64,000 nucleotides of DNA from Iphione sp. A-MEVVRFRX5 (taxonomy: Eukaryota): contig OZ320317.1 of the NCBI GenBank assembly GCA_976226885.1, positions 24,800,001 through 24,864,000 on the forward strand. The letters run 5' to 3'. This document shows, one piece after another, positions 13,601 to 27,936 of the stretch; within the stretch, counting starts at the first letter, position 1; each line of letters begins with the position of its first letter. Below the pieces are notes generated by a model, which saw only the letters and a program-made list of their open reading frames with translations, was not told the origin of the DNA and did not search any database. Both the position numbers and the translations under genes were made by a program.

Positions 13601-15823
13601 TACTGTGAGCGGACCTCGTCCAAGGATTCCCAGGCCATGGGGGGATGACCCTGTCGGTCTAATCATGTAATGAATGTGATGGTTTTTTGTTTGCCTTAAG
13701 TCGAATGTTCGCAGTGTGGTACGAATCTTCCCTGTTTATTGTGAAACTAAGCTCAGTGGATGATGCATCGCCCAGAAGTTGAAAAACTACGAATTGTTCG
13801 CGTAGGTTTCTGTTTCATAAAATAATGCATTTTCATTGGTTTAAGTTGTCGAGTAGCTGATGTTCTGGTAATAGGTTCTTTGGGAAGTGGTCCTGTAGTA
13901 CATAATTCTTCTCAGAAACTTCTGCTTTTGTTTTAGACCTCATGTAGCGAGGCTGCCAAGCTTATGTATATATTTTTAACTCGTGTAAATCATACTCCAG
14001 CGTTTGAGTTTTCGTTCCCCCCCCCCCGGGATTCTATGCTTATAATAGAAAGTAGCGATAGTGTTGATGGACAATTGCAACGGTGCTTATGCAACATAAG
14101 CAAGAGCCCAAAGGGACTATAGTCATTGACTGGTTTCCTGTAATTGGAGATCCGGTAATTGGAGGTCCATAGTAGATGTCAAAAGGTGGTGTTGACATCT
14201 ACAAGCGGAGAGCCCTGTTTAAATAGTATGTCTGAAAACTATATTTGATACGTCTGTGCCTCTGATTCCTGACAGGATTTAGAATGTGGTTCTGAAGCTC
14301 TGTGGATATTGGGTGATGTTCATCAAAAGAGCATATATATATATATATATATATGAACAAGTTTTTGACCAGAGTTCTCTTCCCTGTGCATTGTGCAGTA
14401 GAAAGCACAGGTTTATGTGGACACTGGTGAAGCTTACAGTCGTATCAAGCTATCAGAGGGTCAAGGTCAGACTCTCTGGAAATGGTGCTTAAGTAAGTCT
14501 TGTGAAGACGAATGCCGAACTTGTCTAATTATAAGTGTACTGCATCCGTTCATGTTACTCGCTCCTGTTAACCCCTGGTGGTTTCAAAGTGAACAAGTTA
14601 TTCTAAGTGATCTGTGACCCTTCACCTCTGAGAGCCAAATTAACTCCATATGGGGGAATGAAAACAAAGCCTCACTCTACATGCTGTGAAAATTTCAGTC
14701 TTGCACCGTTGAGAACCTGAGACATTTTGTCCACAAGTTCTAAACATATGGTCAGACCCATACCGTTTTTTTAAAAGTTGGACAAAGGCATTCCTCATGT
14801 CCTCCAACCTAGTCGGGGGAGAACACTTGCGAGTGTAGTGTAGGGGTTTTGTTATGTTTTAGTGTATGATCTTTTTGAATTTTACATGGCTACTATAAAT
14901 CATTCAGTTTTTTCCTCAATATGAAGTACACTGTAATAGTGCCTGTTGCGTACTTCAAAAACTGTCTCCATGAATTGTCCGACAACGTACAGGTGTACCT
15001 TCATTAACCATTAATCTTACAAAGAAGCTCTTCCATAACTAAGTTTGGCTGCCTCCATTGAATTTTGTACCAGGTTACTTTATGCCAAACCATTTTTAAA
15101 CCAATGAAATGGAAGTCGTACAACCGTATATTTCTTCTAATTTTGTCCAAATTTCAAGTAAAAAACTGTGAAAGGTCATGCTGAAATTGTGCATCTCTGA
15201 TAACGAAATTTCTCGCGATGAAGTGCAATGAAAGAACACATGTACTTTATTATAAGAAGTTTACCTTTAAGTATATGCTTTGGCGTATTACCTTTGTTAA
15301 TTCAAGGAAGCATTAACATATACTCAGTGTAATGTTATGCTATGTTTTTCATTTGTTGTTATAAATTTGACCTCCTCTTACATTTCTTTGTCACGGAGGA
15401 CAGTCTTTAAACTGATGTATGCTTATACGACTGGTCCAGAAATGCTTCCAGTTTCATCCTTTTTTGGAGAACAGGAAGCTCGATCATTGAAGGAAGCTGA
15501 GGATATATGCAGTCAAGGGTCGAAAGTTGCCCGATCCCATAACGGAATTCCTCATGAAAATCAAAAAAAGTCAGATATTTCTCTGCTCAGAAGCCCTAGT
15601 ATTATCAATGGGAATCATTCGGAAAAGCTGTCTGGTAACTGCCTGTGAAGACTAAGATTAAGCCCCCTTACAGGTAAGAATATAAAATTAAACTGACTGA
15701 TACTTATCGAGTGAACTCCAACAAATACAAACACTAACACTCAGCCTTGAACCTTACCTCACTTCACACTTTTGAGTCATGACTGCATTCGAAATTACAT
15801 TGGTATAAGGTTTCGTATGAGCT

Positions 15824-16119
15824 ATGGCCTGAGGTCACTGCTCGTGTTTTCACAGGAGGATCCTGTTTTCTCCCTTTTGTGTCTTGAACAAATACAAATA
15901 TGCATATAGACCTCGTAATGAATCGCCCTCATTTAAAAAAAGAACCTCATAATGGTGTTGGTAAAATCCCCATGGCCTGAGGTCACTGCTCGTGTTTTCA
16001 CAGGAGGATCCTGTTTTCTCCCTTTTGTGTCTTGAACAAATACAAATATGCATATAGACCTCGTAATGAATCGCCCTCATTTAAAAAAAGAACCTCATAA
16101 TGGTGTTGGTAAAATCCCC
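15824..16119. repeat. Two identical tandem copies of a 148-bp unit
   Basis: atggcctgaggtcactgctcg...ggtaaaatcccc at 15824-15971 and 15972-16119. Confidence 0.9.
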
Positions 16120-19100
16120 AATAGTACAAACCGTATGGTATGGTTTACCTTATCACAGATTAACCATTTCTCAGATATGCCCCAGTTTTCAGACGGATCC
16201 GTAGGGAGGGCAGTGGACTATACAGTGTACATAGACATTATAGTCAGCTTTTGAGTAACTTATAGTTACAGTGATTGAACTATTAAAACCGGGAGGAAGC
16301 TGGTTGCAGAGGACAATATGTACAATGCACTTCAGAAAATTGTGTTTAATTTCTTAGCACACTCTTGCCTCGTTTTATGGACAGGAAATGGTGTTTATGA
16401 AGACGATACCGACTTACGGTAGTGGAAGGTGCTAGTAAAAATGAATCTTTATAATATTCCTACTAGTGGGAGTGACTTTGATGGTTAGTTATCTCAAACG
16501 TGTAGGATTTTATTTTTACTTTATCACTGGAAAATATCCAAGTGTGTGGTTTCATCTCTCACTGCTGTTAGTGTTAAGGAGTAGGCGTCAAGTTTGACTC
16601 AAAATAGGCTTCAGAGTGAACACATTCGTAAGCTGCAATATTCTTAGTTATAGTCAGTCCAGGTGAGGCCACCGTATAGAGAGTATAAGTTGACAGGTCT
16701 CTGACAGATCCGGTTCCCAGTGGCTCAGAGGGGTGGAAAGAGGAAGAGTGTGACACTGAGGTGACTTGCTGATCTGAAACCTCCCCACTGTATGGCTGGT
16801 TAATGTATTCAGCCTTCCCAGAGCTGCCTGTGTAGTACTTCCGACCTCCACTTCACAGCAAGCCGCTGCATATGCTGCTGGTTCCAATATTTTTGTCAAA
16901 CATTTCTATGTGCAGTCGACCATGTATGCTTCGCAGTGTACTGCTTCTGTGTAAGCTGCCACTTCATTGGCTGCCATTATCAGGTATCTCTGATCACGCT
17001 GCAGTATGATTGGCTCGAAGTGTACCCTCCATTAGGTCTCACTTCATTAGCTTGCATTTTAAAACGTGTGTATATGTATACAGAACCCCCCCCCCAGCCT
17101 CCACCCAGTTGTAGATCCATCTGCTCTGTTCAGGAACCTTTTTGCTTTTCTCCTCTACACAATAGTGCATCTCCTGGTTTAAACACAAACCCCCCTCCCC
17201 TCCTCGCGAGCTAAGCATAGATCCACGCGGTCTGAACATGAGCCTCCCTGTCCTGTCCTTGCGCCCAGTAGTGGATTCGCCTGACCTAAACAGGAACCTT
17301 GCTGATGTATTTCTTTTTTTTCTGAATATTTTTCCCGTTTTCCTAGTTCTGCTTTTATGGTAACCATAACAAACATGTATCCCAAGAGGCAGTTTTCTCC
17401 GGCACTCACCAAACAAATTTCAAAGTGTATATATAGAGAAATTATGTGTCAATATGGTCACATGAAAATGTATAGATGATTACACATTTGTGTCATCTGC
17501 CTTGATAAAAGAAAAACCTTGTTCTGCATATGTGCAGAATATCCAGTAGCTACCGTAATCACAATTGTGATATTTAGCAACATTTCAGATATCAGACTGC
17601 ATCTAAACAGAATAAGTTGGAGTGTTACTCTATCCATAGAAATGTCAGAATCAGAATATTATAATAAGAATGATTACTCTTGTATGAATGGGCCGGTCAT
17701 AGTTTAAAACTACCCAGGCCTATAACTTGGGTTTCTCGTACGATCAAATATGAAGAATAAGACAGAAAAGTACAGTCCGGCTGCATCTTCTGTGCCCTCC
17801 CCTCCCCCATCTACCAGAGTACTGCATCATGAGGAAAAGAAATTTTGTGCGATAGATTACCATATCAGATAGCTGAATTACCTTTGGCAGCCAGATTCCT
17901 GCCCTATCCAGGCTAAAATGTCTGTAAGAAAAAATTCAGAAGATGTGACAGTATGTAAAAGATGTTGACCCTGAAAATAAAAAAATACAGGGTGAATGAA
18001 CTAGGTTGATTGAGCACATATGACCACCACTTGTTCATATTGATAGCCTAGATGGTCTGCCTGATGGAGTCAAAATGTAATCAGGTAGACCCTCAGTAAT
18101 GCTGTCAAACTCCATGTTTGATATCATTGTTGAGAAGTACAGTACATGGAAATCGGTCATTTGTAATTACAGCATATTGAGAACACGTGCATGGACTGTA
18201 TTATTGGTCTGACCGGAAAATGAGCCTTCGGTAGACCTCATTTGATTAAAGTTTTACACGTCTGACCTCACCATCGAAAGGGAGAAAAAGTAGACAGAGA
18301 AATTTGTCCTCTTCAATTACACAATAGGCAATGATTTCACCAGGAAATGAGAGTCTACATCATGTCTTCACATTTGTTTCTTGGAAACAGTCCTTATTTT
18401 GTAGGTTGTTGAACTGTACATATGTATGTATGTCCTCTATACATTTGTACCCATACGTAGATCTCCTATTATCCAAGAAGGTGTAGTTATTCATATACTG
18501 AAAAACCCAGCGTTAGGCAACTGTCACGACAATATGCCACTCAAAGTGGCACTGTGGTGTACAAGGCTTCTGAACTCAATAAAGGGTGGTCTAAGGCCAA
18601 TTTTATACATGTGTCTGTTTGTATTCATACATTTTTTAAGCTCAGAGTAGGTTTCAGTAAGTTGGACAAAACTCGAAATTGTATCCCTAGGCCAATTTCC
18701 TCATGTGTTTTCCTCTTTGTATTGCACTGTCAACACAGGGAACCTTTGTTTCATGCAGGAATAATTCACATCAAAATTTAGACTGATGTAGTAAGAACTC
18801 AACCTTTGCACATTCACAATCCATGCAAAAGTGTACACATTAATTTTCATGACACAAACTGGCTGCTGCTTATAAAAATATTACTCAGTATCCACGTGTA
18901 ATCAAGGTCCACATGAAAATCAGTGAAACACACACTATTGAGAGACTCAGTTCTGACGGTCTGTTTTAGGAGGTGTATAACTGACAGACTTGGAGTCATT
19001 CCCAGCTGATCTGCTCGTGTTCCATTATGGAAATTCATATTTCTGATACCAGAATTTCCAAAATGTACGTCTAGGCAATCAGCCAGAAGTACAGTCATTA

Positions 19101-19689
19101 TTTCCCCATCGTCACTGTCCTGGCTTACAGATGGCATCCACCGTAACTGTGGGTGTCAAGATTGGTTTCTTGAATGTTTTTACCCATAACCAACACACAC
19201 CATTGCTGACCCATGCCCTTGCCAACTTATGTCATAACTAACTCAAGCCTTCCTGCTTCAAGACATGTCATCGTATATTCTAGGGATCACACAAAATTGT
19301 GTTCAAATATCATGTAATTTCACACAGATTGCATTGAGTCACAATAAGGTTTGCTTTAAATTCAACGGGAAGGAATCGGCTCTTCCCTATCCCAAGTCCT
19401 GAAGTTTGCTTACCAACAATTATACACCGTACAAGTCGATTTACAGGTGATTTTCACCTGATGGCCACACCAGAATGTAGAAATCAAGTTACTTTTTTTT
19501 TATATTCAGTGGAGGTCACGTCCACTTATAATAGTGCTGTCGTAGTGGATGACGAGAAACAGTGAGGGCATGGCATTTCTCTGAAGTTTGAGCCAGCATA
19601 GAGGACCTCTCACATATGATTCCTGAGAACTGGTCTGAGTATTTGGGGGGGAGTTTGAGGCTATTGGGCAGGGAGAGCAGGAGGGATTG

Positions 19690-19911
19690 GAGCTGGTCAG
19701 CCAGTCCAGCAGCTATCTTCTGGCTGCAGGATGGGAGGGTGCTTCTGGCCCAAGCTTAGCTGGTCCAGCAGCTGTCATCCAGCTGGAGGGTGGCTGGCAG
19801 GGTGGGAAGGTGCTGGCTCTGTCCAGCTGCTATCCCCCTGCTGATAGGCAGGGTGCAGGGTGGGAGGGTGTTGTTGACCCAAGCTAAGCTGGTCCAGCAG
19901 CTATCCCCCAG
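19690..19911. repeat. GC-rich minisatellite running into an assembly gap
   Basis: Recurring agctggtccagcagct and gggtgggagggtg units directly before the N-run at 19912. Confidence 0.6.
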
Positions 19912-22900
19912 NNNNNNNNNNNNNNNNNNNNNNNNNNNNNNNNNNNNNNNNNNNNNNNNNNNNNNNNNNNNNNNNNNNNNNNNNNNNNNNNNNNNNNNNN
20001 NNNNNNNNNNNNNNNNNNNNNNNNNNNNNNNNNNNNNNNNNNNNNNNNNNNNNNNNNNNNNNNNNNNGTGTGCTGCAGCCATTTTCTTGTAACTAGTATG
20101 TAGTATATACATGCACAACATGACGCCAACATGTACAGGACTTGAAATCAGAATGGGTTTGATCAATATATAAGGCTACACATACTGTGGTATTACAGTG
20201 TGTTTTACCAAACTTTTCCCACAATTGCAAAACTCACTGAATTATGTTAATAATGAATACATAAAACAAGATCAGTAACAGTATATTTATTTGATACACA
20301 GGATATGCATATATGTAGTTGTGTATGCACTAACACCTATCACCATAAAGATTCCTTCCTATGGTATCCTTTTACACTAACTGATTTCGAAAAAGAAATT
20401 ACAGGAAAATAATGGTGCCACCCTGCCTTCGGGACAACCCTCCTATAGAGGATCTTCCTCCCAACACCAACATTCTTATACTGAGCCTTTCTGACTAATC
20501 TGTATTTTCTGCCAGTGTGCTTTCGCTGAGCCATGAAAGCATGCACCCTTCGGTGTGCAAATTTGTGATTTACGTTTACATTTATTACATTCATTTATCA
20601 TTGATATACATGGATGGACTAAAGGCATCGTTATCACATACAGTCTTGGTCTTTCAGTCTACTGAAACCGTTTGCCTTTTCTGTCAGGTGAAATTAGTAA
20701 GGGACATATTAACTGAAAAAAATAACCTGTCGGCCACCATTAAACATTAATGGCCTGATGAGACTGCCTAGTCAAAACTGAAGGAATCTGTGATAAATCA
20801 ATGCCTTTCCCCAAGAAACAGTGCTGTGAGACCCACATAAGTAACCATGGGCAATCAACCCAAACATATAAAAGAGGGGGCCACCAGCTGGCAACTGACA
20901 CACTCGGCAGTCACTGCAGCAGGAAGCCTAACCATGTCTTGAACATATTAACTGAAAATTGCCAGTTTTAGGGTTGTGTGATCTACGGTTAGGCTGTGTT
21001 ATCTGCTTGTCTACATTAACTACCGAGCGATGATACAATATCCAATAATACAAACAGAAGACATTTCCAAGACATATACATCAACATCTGATCATAACAT
21101 TCATTCCATTGATTTGCACTGAGCTAAAAGGTCCTGTACAAAATCTCCAATATATGTGGATCCTGAGACTGCTAATTGATACAACATATGGGAGAATCGA
21201 ATGTAGCATGCTTATTACCTATAACTAAGAAATACATATTTTACACCAGTAACATATCATAATACATAAACAACCAAAGAAATATGAACATGTTAGTGAA
21301 ATCATTCAAAAAAAGGCATAACATGTAGATGGAACAACCAGGAATTATGGTTAACCTGAATTTGATGATTTATGTATTACCCTCTGACTGGCCTGGTTAG
21401 ATAGTGATAGAGACAGATTATTTACTAGTAAGCGATGTTGCTGCTCTCCAGTCTATACACTGTAATCTGCAGCACCGGCTGTAGACCAGCCAATTATGGC
21501 TGATGCCGGATTGCTGTTTTTAAAAGAAATAGAAAAAAAAGTACAAATCCGAGCTGATGTGTTTCATGTAACACATCTTTGGATGTGACCTGTAAACTGG
21601 GGTTGCACCTACTCTACCTCAGTATTCTCTACAGTGTAAGATGAAAAGCCCTGAGTGATTTTTTTCTTAAAGAAATCATTACTGAAATCAGTATAACAGG
21701 TTCTGGCTTCTTGCTTTTATAACTTTCCTCTTCAAGACTAATACGTAGTTGGATGGCGAAACAAGCCAACCAGAAGGCATAGATTTCAGAACACATTTGT
21801 CAGAGTTTGATCACACAGCGTGTTACGCTAAGGGCAGTCAAGACATGAAAGTAACCATCACTGGGAGAGAAAGATACATCGATGAGCATTTTCATGATGT
21901 TGTTGTAATCTACATCTTGGAACACCAGTCTTTGAGACTAGCTGGACAGCGTCTACCTTGTACACTGTCTGCATTATTGCTGGTGCCCAATATCAAGGTG
22001 AACTTCTCTCACTGATAGGGCAATTAGCCATGGGAGACAGGGAACATGACTTGCTCAGATACTGAAGAGGGGGGGGGGCACGAAGTCGGGAGTACAGTCA
22101 TGTCTCGTCTCACAGATAACCTTCATAACAACCTTGTCCATGTAACAGGTAATCTGTACACATACAATCTCATTTTTACACAACTAACTTGCAGTTGGTT
22201 CCCATGAAATTCATCTGTATCAAAAAAAAATACTGTTACCAGATTCTCTGTTTAAAGAGACGTGACTGTAAATGTCAACTTGAACTTGATTTTATATTCA
22301 TACGGTCAGTCCTTTCATTGAGCTAAGGTCGCACACCACTAATCTATACACCAAACTTCCAACTACACCTCTAATCTGTTATTGATATATTAACAGTAAC
22401 AGACTAAGAATTCCACGAATCAACCAAATTCTCTGGAAACGAGTGGTGTCAGTCTGGGGTAGTTGAATGTTCATCTACATATCACTTCTGTAGTCTTTTA
22501 ACATTCAAATTATTAAGGCACGTGAGACTTTTCCTGTTTAAATAGACTTCCAACATACATTCTTGCAGCAGTCGACTCATCGACAAATATCATCATAACA
22601 TGCAACATACACCAGTTTTCGCACCAAATGTAAACACTGTTGTGGCTATATTTTGAAGTTACTACACAGTGTGGTGATCAGTTAATTACTGTTAAGTGTG
22701 ATGGCTGAACATCTCGCGACACACATTCCATGTGCACTGCATAAAAACTGAGAACACAGAAACACGTTGTAAGAATTCATGTTGCTGTGACAAGTTCAAA
22801 TATGCTTTAGTAAAGCATTTAGTACAAAAATTCTATCCTATACTAAACTCTGTTCCAAAATAAGCAATATATTTTCCAAATGAATGATCCTCTGCATTTC

Positions 22901-25900
22901 CATTAAGAATGTGTTTTAGTCAAATAAAAACATCCTTATTCTGAAGAAGTATTTTGGGAATTAAAATATTCCTGCTAGTACTCCAGTGAGTTATTTTTTA
23001 CTGTCATATTTTTTTTATAATTTTGTTACTAATAGGTAACATAATAAATTACAAGAAGAAGCTATGAAACGATCTGCAATATGCGCCAACACAAATGTTC
23101 AAGACACAATATACACTCAACCGCAAATAACCGATCACTAGCAAGCACAAAAACATGGAAATTATGGTCTCAGCTTCAGTAGTAGTATCAAGGATTGTCC
23201 CAGGGACAGTTGTAACCAAGATCAGTACTTTTAAACTATCAACCTTCTCTGTGATTGCTCGAAAGAAAAATAGTAACTGCTGTGCAGACCTGTATCGTTT
23301 GTTGTCCCTAACCAGCGCAGTCTTTCAGTTTCCCCCATCATTTCCTGACCGAATGTGGTATTAATAGTGTTACATGTCCCGTTGCACGGATCACTCTCCA
23401 TTCCTGATGACCAGTATTTTCTATATAGTGAATACCGGGTATATTCGAAGTATTTGTTGTACTATTTTACATTCTGTCTACAAGAAATTACTATAAGGAA
23501 GTGTGCAGTTCAGCAAGCAGACAGATATGGTATACATTAAATAAAATAACATCTCCAACCTTGATGTAGCAAAATATGGGAAATCAAGTTGTCTGTGCAT
23601 ATATAGTTGGCCCATTATTACTAAACTCGCAGTATACAAATCACATTCTATGGGAACCAATTGATTTACAGTATTGTTTTACAGATCACTCAATATGAAA
23701 CAAGGCTAGACCAGCCTTGCTGATGCAACCGTGGGTTGCCTTTATACAAGCAATTTTGTATATATAAACATACAATCAGCATACAAAACAGTTTTGCAAC
23801 TCACAATTTACACTACGTCCTCATGAAATTCCTGTTTGGTGAAATATTCCATTAAGAGAATCTGTGTTAACAGGGAAATGACTGTATACTGAAATTCATG
23901 TGTTTATACTTTCAAGAATTTAACAGCCTTCATATGCGAACAGAATCACCTGAAACTCAGTTTGGATAGCAAGGGCCACTTGCATGCTGCAACCTCAATA
24001 TCCAAATGGCTGCTTTTTATAATTTCATTATTTCGTTAGGTTATTGGGGATGGACTTTGGATATTTAATTACATTTTCGTTTTTTTTTTTAAATCGCCTT
24101 TTTAGCATGGCTTTTAATTTCCATCATTTATTGTTTTATATTGTCTAAAAGTAGCATCTTCCTATTTAGTTGTAGTGAACTACAGTTTAAACAAGTCGCG
24201 GCACCCATCATTACTTCTCCAACTCTATATACGATCACGCCCACTTAAACTATACTCACACCTCCGAATTCTCATCTGGACTGCACAGATAACAATGTTA
24301 CAAATCGTTTCTGTCCAGGGATTAGTAACTAAAGTTACCGCTAACATTATGCAAATGCAATTTTCCCTGAAATGCACCCTGTTTGGATAATATAAAATAA
24401 TCAAGGCTTCAAATGGTCCTCACTGCATGAAATTGCATTTAGAAACTGTGCTGATTCGGATACTGGATAATGTTTCCGTGGTGGAAAACCTCTTGGCACC
24501 AAGCAAAGCCATTCTTAAATCGAAAATTTTCAGATAGTGTTCGGAAATCAAGTCCTGACTGTAGTTGTCTGCACTGAAAGGCCTGCAGATGTCTCAGATA
24601 GTTGTACACCCCAAGGGATTAGTATCTGCATGATGCGTTCAGTAGCATCTCTAGGACATAAATAGATTAGGACTAGAACATTGCTGAACGGAGGGTACTG
24701 TCTTTTTTCTGAACTGACCGTAGACCTGTACACTTGGACAAATGGAAATACAATATGCAGTTCTTTCGACAATAACACACAGAAGGATGTGAGAAGGGTA
24801 CCTAGACTTGACTGTTGTGTGCCTGGCAACAATATTACGAAATAATTCCTCCAAAAAAAATGTCCCGGGACTTGATGAGCATCATTAAGAAGCATACCTT
24901 GTGCAAGAATCATTGTAGCCATAAAACCTTTGTCAATATACTCAGTTATAGTGGCCTTCAGGAGTTCGGAACTGACTGCACAAAGAGACATACAACAAAC
25001 AGGTACAGAGCGGGGGAGACTGACAGAGACGCAAGCAGTGTGTTTACTTGACCTAAACAACAAAAATGGGNNNNNNNNNNNNNNNNNNNNNNNNNNNNNN
25101 NNNNNNNNNNNNNNNNNNNNNNNNNNNNNNNNNNNNNNNNNNNNNNNNNNNNNNNNNNNNNNNNNNNNNNNNNNNNNNNNNNNNNNNNNNNNNNNNNNNN
25201 NNNNNNNNNNNNNNNNNNNNNNNNNNNNNNNNNNNNNNNNNNNNNNNNNNNNNNNNNNNNNNNNNNNNNNNNNNNNNNNNNNNNNNNNNNNNNNNNNNNN
25301 NNNNNCAGCATGAGCGAGAGTGTGACTACTCGGGGGACTCAGCTGGTAAATTTCATGCAGAACGCTGACGTGGGGGTATTGAGCAGTGGCTGACGGACCC
25401 TTATGTCGACCTCCTGACTAAGGGCAGTGACTGCTTGAAGCTACTAAGCAGCACTGCCCTGTCAATCCCACTGTCCCTCCTGCTCTGTCCCCGAGATGCA
25501 CCGTTCTACTAAGATTGCCTAACAGCAAAATTCACCAGCTCAAGAGCAAGGTAGGAGCAACCCACAAGTTTAACACTGGTTTTCCCACTGGATTAGAAAG
25601 TGAAGCAAAGCCAGACGAAGATGCGAGACCCTGCTCCCATGTCAACTCAGAGATCAAATAAGCTCCTCCCACTTTTACCATTGCATGATTCCTTGCAGTA
25701 AGTGGAGGTCAGATCACTGTAGCTATACTTGACTACACGTGCATCGGACCTCCAATCATTTAATGACAGTGACATCAACATTTTGGATAAATTAGCAAGG
25801 TTTGCTAAGATAATGCCCGAACTGGCTGAAATTCTAATTTCTATGGCGCCCTATGATATCCTGATTGTGAGTGTTCCTTCTTCGATTCCTGACTGTATAT

Positions 25901-27936
25901 CTATATACATTCAGAACTCAGGATCGAAACATGTGATTTCTCAACCATACAGNNNNNNNNNNNNNNNNNNNNNNNNNNNNNNNNNNNNNNNNNNNNNNNN
26001 NNNNNNNNNNNNNNNNNNNNNNNNNNNNNNNNNNNNNNNNNNNNNNNNNNNNNNNNNNNNNNNNNNNNNNNNNNNNNNNNNNNNNNNNNNNNNNNNNNNN
26101 NNNNNNNNNNNNNNNNNNNNNNNNNNNNNNNNNNNNNNNNNNNNNNNNNNNNNNNNNNNNNNNNNNNNNNNNAGTGTTTTTGTACATACATTTTTGTACA
26201 TGGATTTTCAGTTTACCCACTTTTCCCCACCAGTTATGTACATTTACGCACAAATACATCCTTTTCCAGACTTTCTCCGGTCATTTTTGGAGGTTTTGTC
26301 CTTCTGCCCTTTTTTCATCCTTTTCCTCACCATTTTTGCCGGCCTTTGCGGTATTGTCTGTCTTCATCCTTTTCTTTGTCATTTTTGCTGATTTTTGCAG
26401 TATTTATTGTCAAGTTCATCCTTTTTCATGCTTTTCCTCATCATATTCACCAGATTCACACAGCCTAAATGTAAGACCAAAGGACAGCCCTCTCCATTGA
26501 GCTGCGTGAATACAAAAATGCATACCAACACACATGGAGGTCTAATGCAGCCTATTGCAGACAAACATGGTTAAGAAAACCAGGCCTGAGTGTGCATGTT
26601 ACACGACACAGTCAATAAAGTCTGGAGTGAACCATGTTCATTGATGCACATACAGTCGCCTTCGCCTAAAGCGACCACCTAAGGGACTGAACAAAAGTGG
26701 TCGCCTTGGTCGCCTAAGCTATTGGCTACTCCTCCTACTTAATTTGATTTGTTCTTTGAAAAATTGGTTGCACTGGCCGACTGGTCACCCTGGCCGACAA
26801 GTCGCAGGGTGAGAGTCTACTGTATTTGTATTCGTGTTGTACATAACATAAGAAGTCATCCACACAGAGATCTGAGGAAAATCAAAGTCACAGAAAACAA
26901 GGAAAGACATATAGAATACGTGGTTAGTCCACGCGAATTCTGGGTGTAAAAAGAAACAAGAAAAAGAGAACACAGGAAAAGACGATGAAGAAAGCTCAAC
27001 ATCCTTATGAGCTAAATATGGACGTTCAGGAAAGAATGGCCACTCTTATAAAATGCGTGTCTGCTGATCTATAGGCATCGCATTTATAGAGTGGAGTATA
27101 AGCCGACTTGCATGGCTAGAAAAGAGTGGGTAAAAAAGTGCAAATTTTTTTGATAAAAGATTGTTAGCTTCATCACTTCATTCACAATATTTCATCATCN
27201 NNNNNNNNNNNNNNNNNNNNNNNNNNNNNNNNNNNNNNNNNNNNNNNNNNNNNNNNNNNNNNNNNNNNNNNNNNNNNNNNNNNNNNNNNNNNNNNNNNNN
27301 NNNNNNNNNNNNNNNNNNNNNNNNNNNNNNNNNNNNTTTTCATCATCGTCAATCGTCATCATCAAATAGGAAACAACAGGGCAACGTGGTAACACAAAGC
27401 TTATTACATAGATTATGTACTACCATTGGACCTATGGGATAAATGGCCCGGACTTTCACTGCAACTGATGAATAAATAAAAGAAAGTGTTAAAAAGCATT
27501 AATCCAGAACAAAATACGTGTACAAACAGTTTGTTGTATGCCTCATTCTTTAAGTGGTACAGTCAGGGTTTTCTTCTCACAAACTAACCTTTCTCATAAG
27601 TCAGGCTGAATTACAGTGTATATCATCCTCTATATATCGGGCACATTGCCGAACAACTCAGCATGTATCAAAAGACAGCAATTAATAACTTACATCTATT
27701 ACAACCCTGATTCCACATTTCTATCAAAGCATGCTTTGTGAAAAAACAGTTTTACAAAAATCACAACGGTGATGGGTGGGAGCTCATGCTGAAGCCATTC
27801 CAATCAAAAGACCCGACAGAACAAAAATATAATATAATAATTACATGGGTTCTTCTTGTATTTATATATATATATACAAATATATATCTACGAGTATCAA
27901 ATACATTGTGGCAGAAAACATCCTTTCACACAGAAA

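Noticed and set aside
16170-16255. tRNA-Tyr/SINE-like fragment (ggactata...agacat)
   Set aside because: No B-box or foldable cloverleaf could be built; too degraded to call.
23322-23333. Single ISRE-like motif CTTTCAGTTTCC
   Set aside because: Isolated; a few such matches are expected by chance in 64 kb of AT-rich DNA.
24548-25063. 171-aa minus-strand ORF, considered as a missing IRF-B IAD exon
   Set aside because: No IAD motifs or recognisable domain; IRF-B already has a clean stop at 27937.
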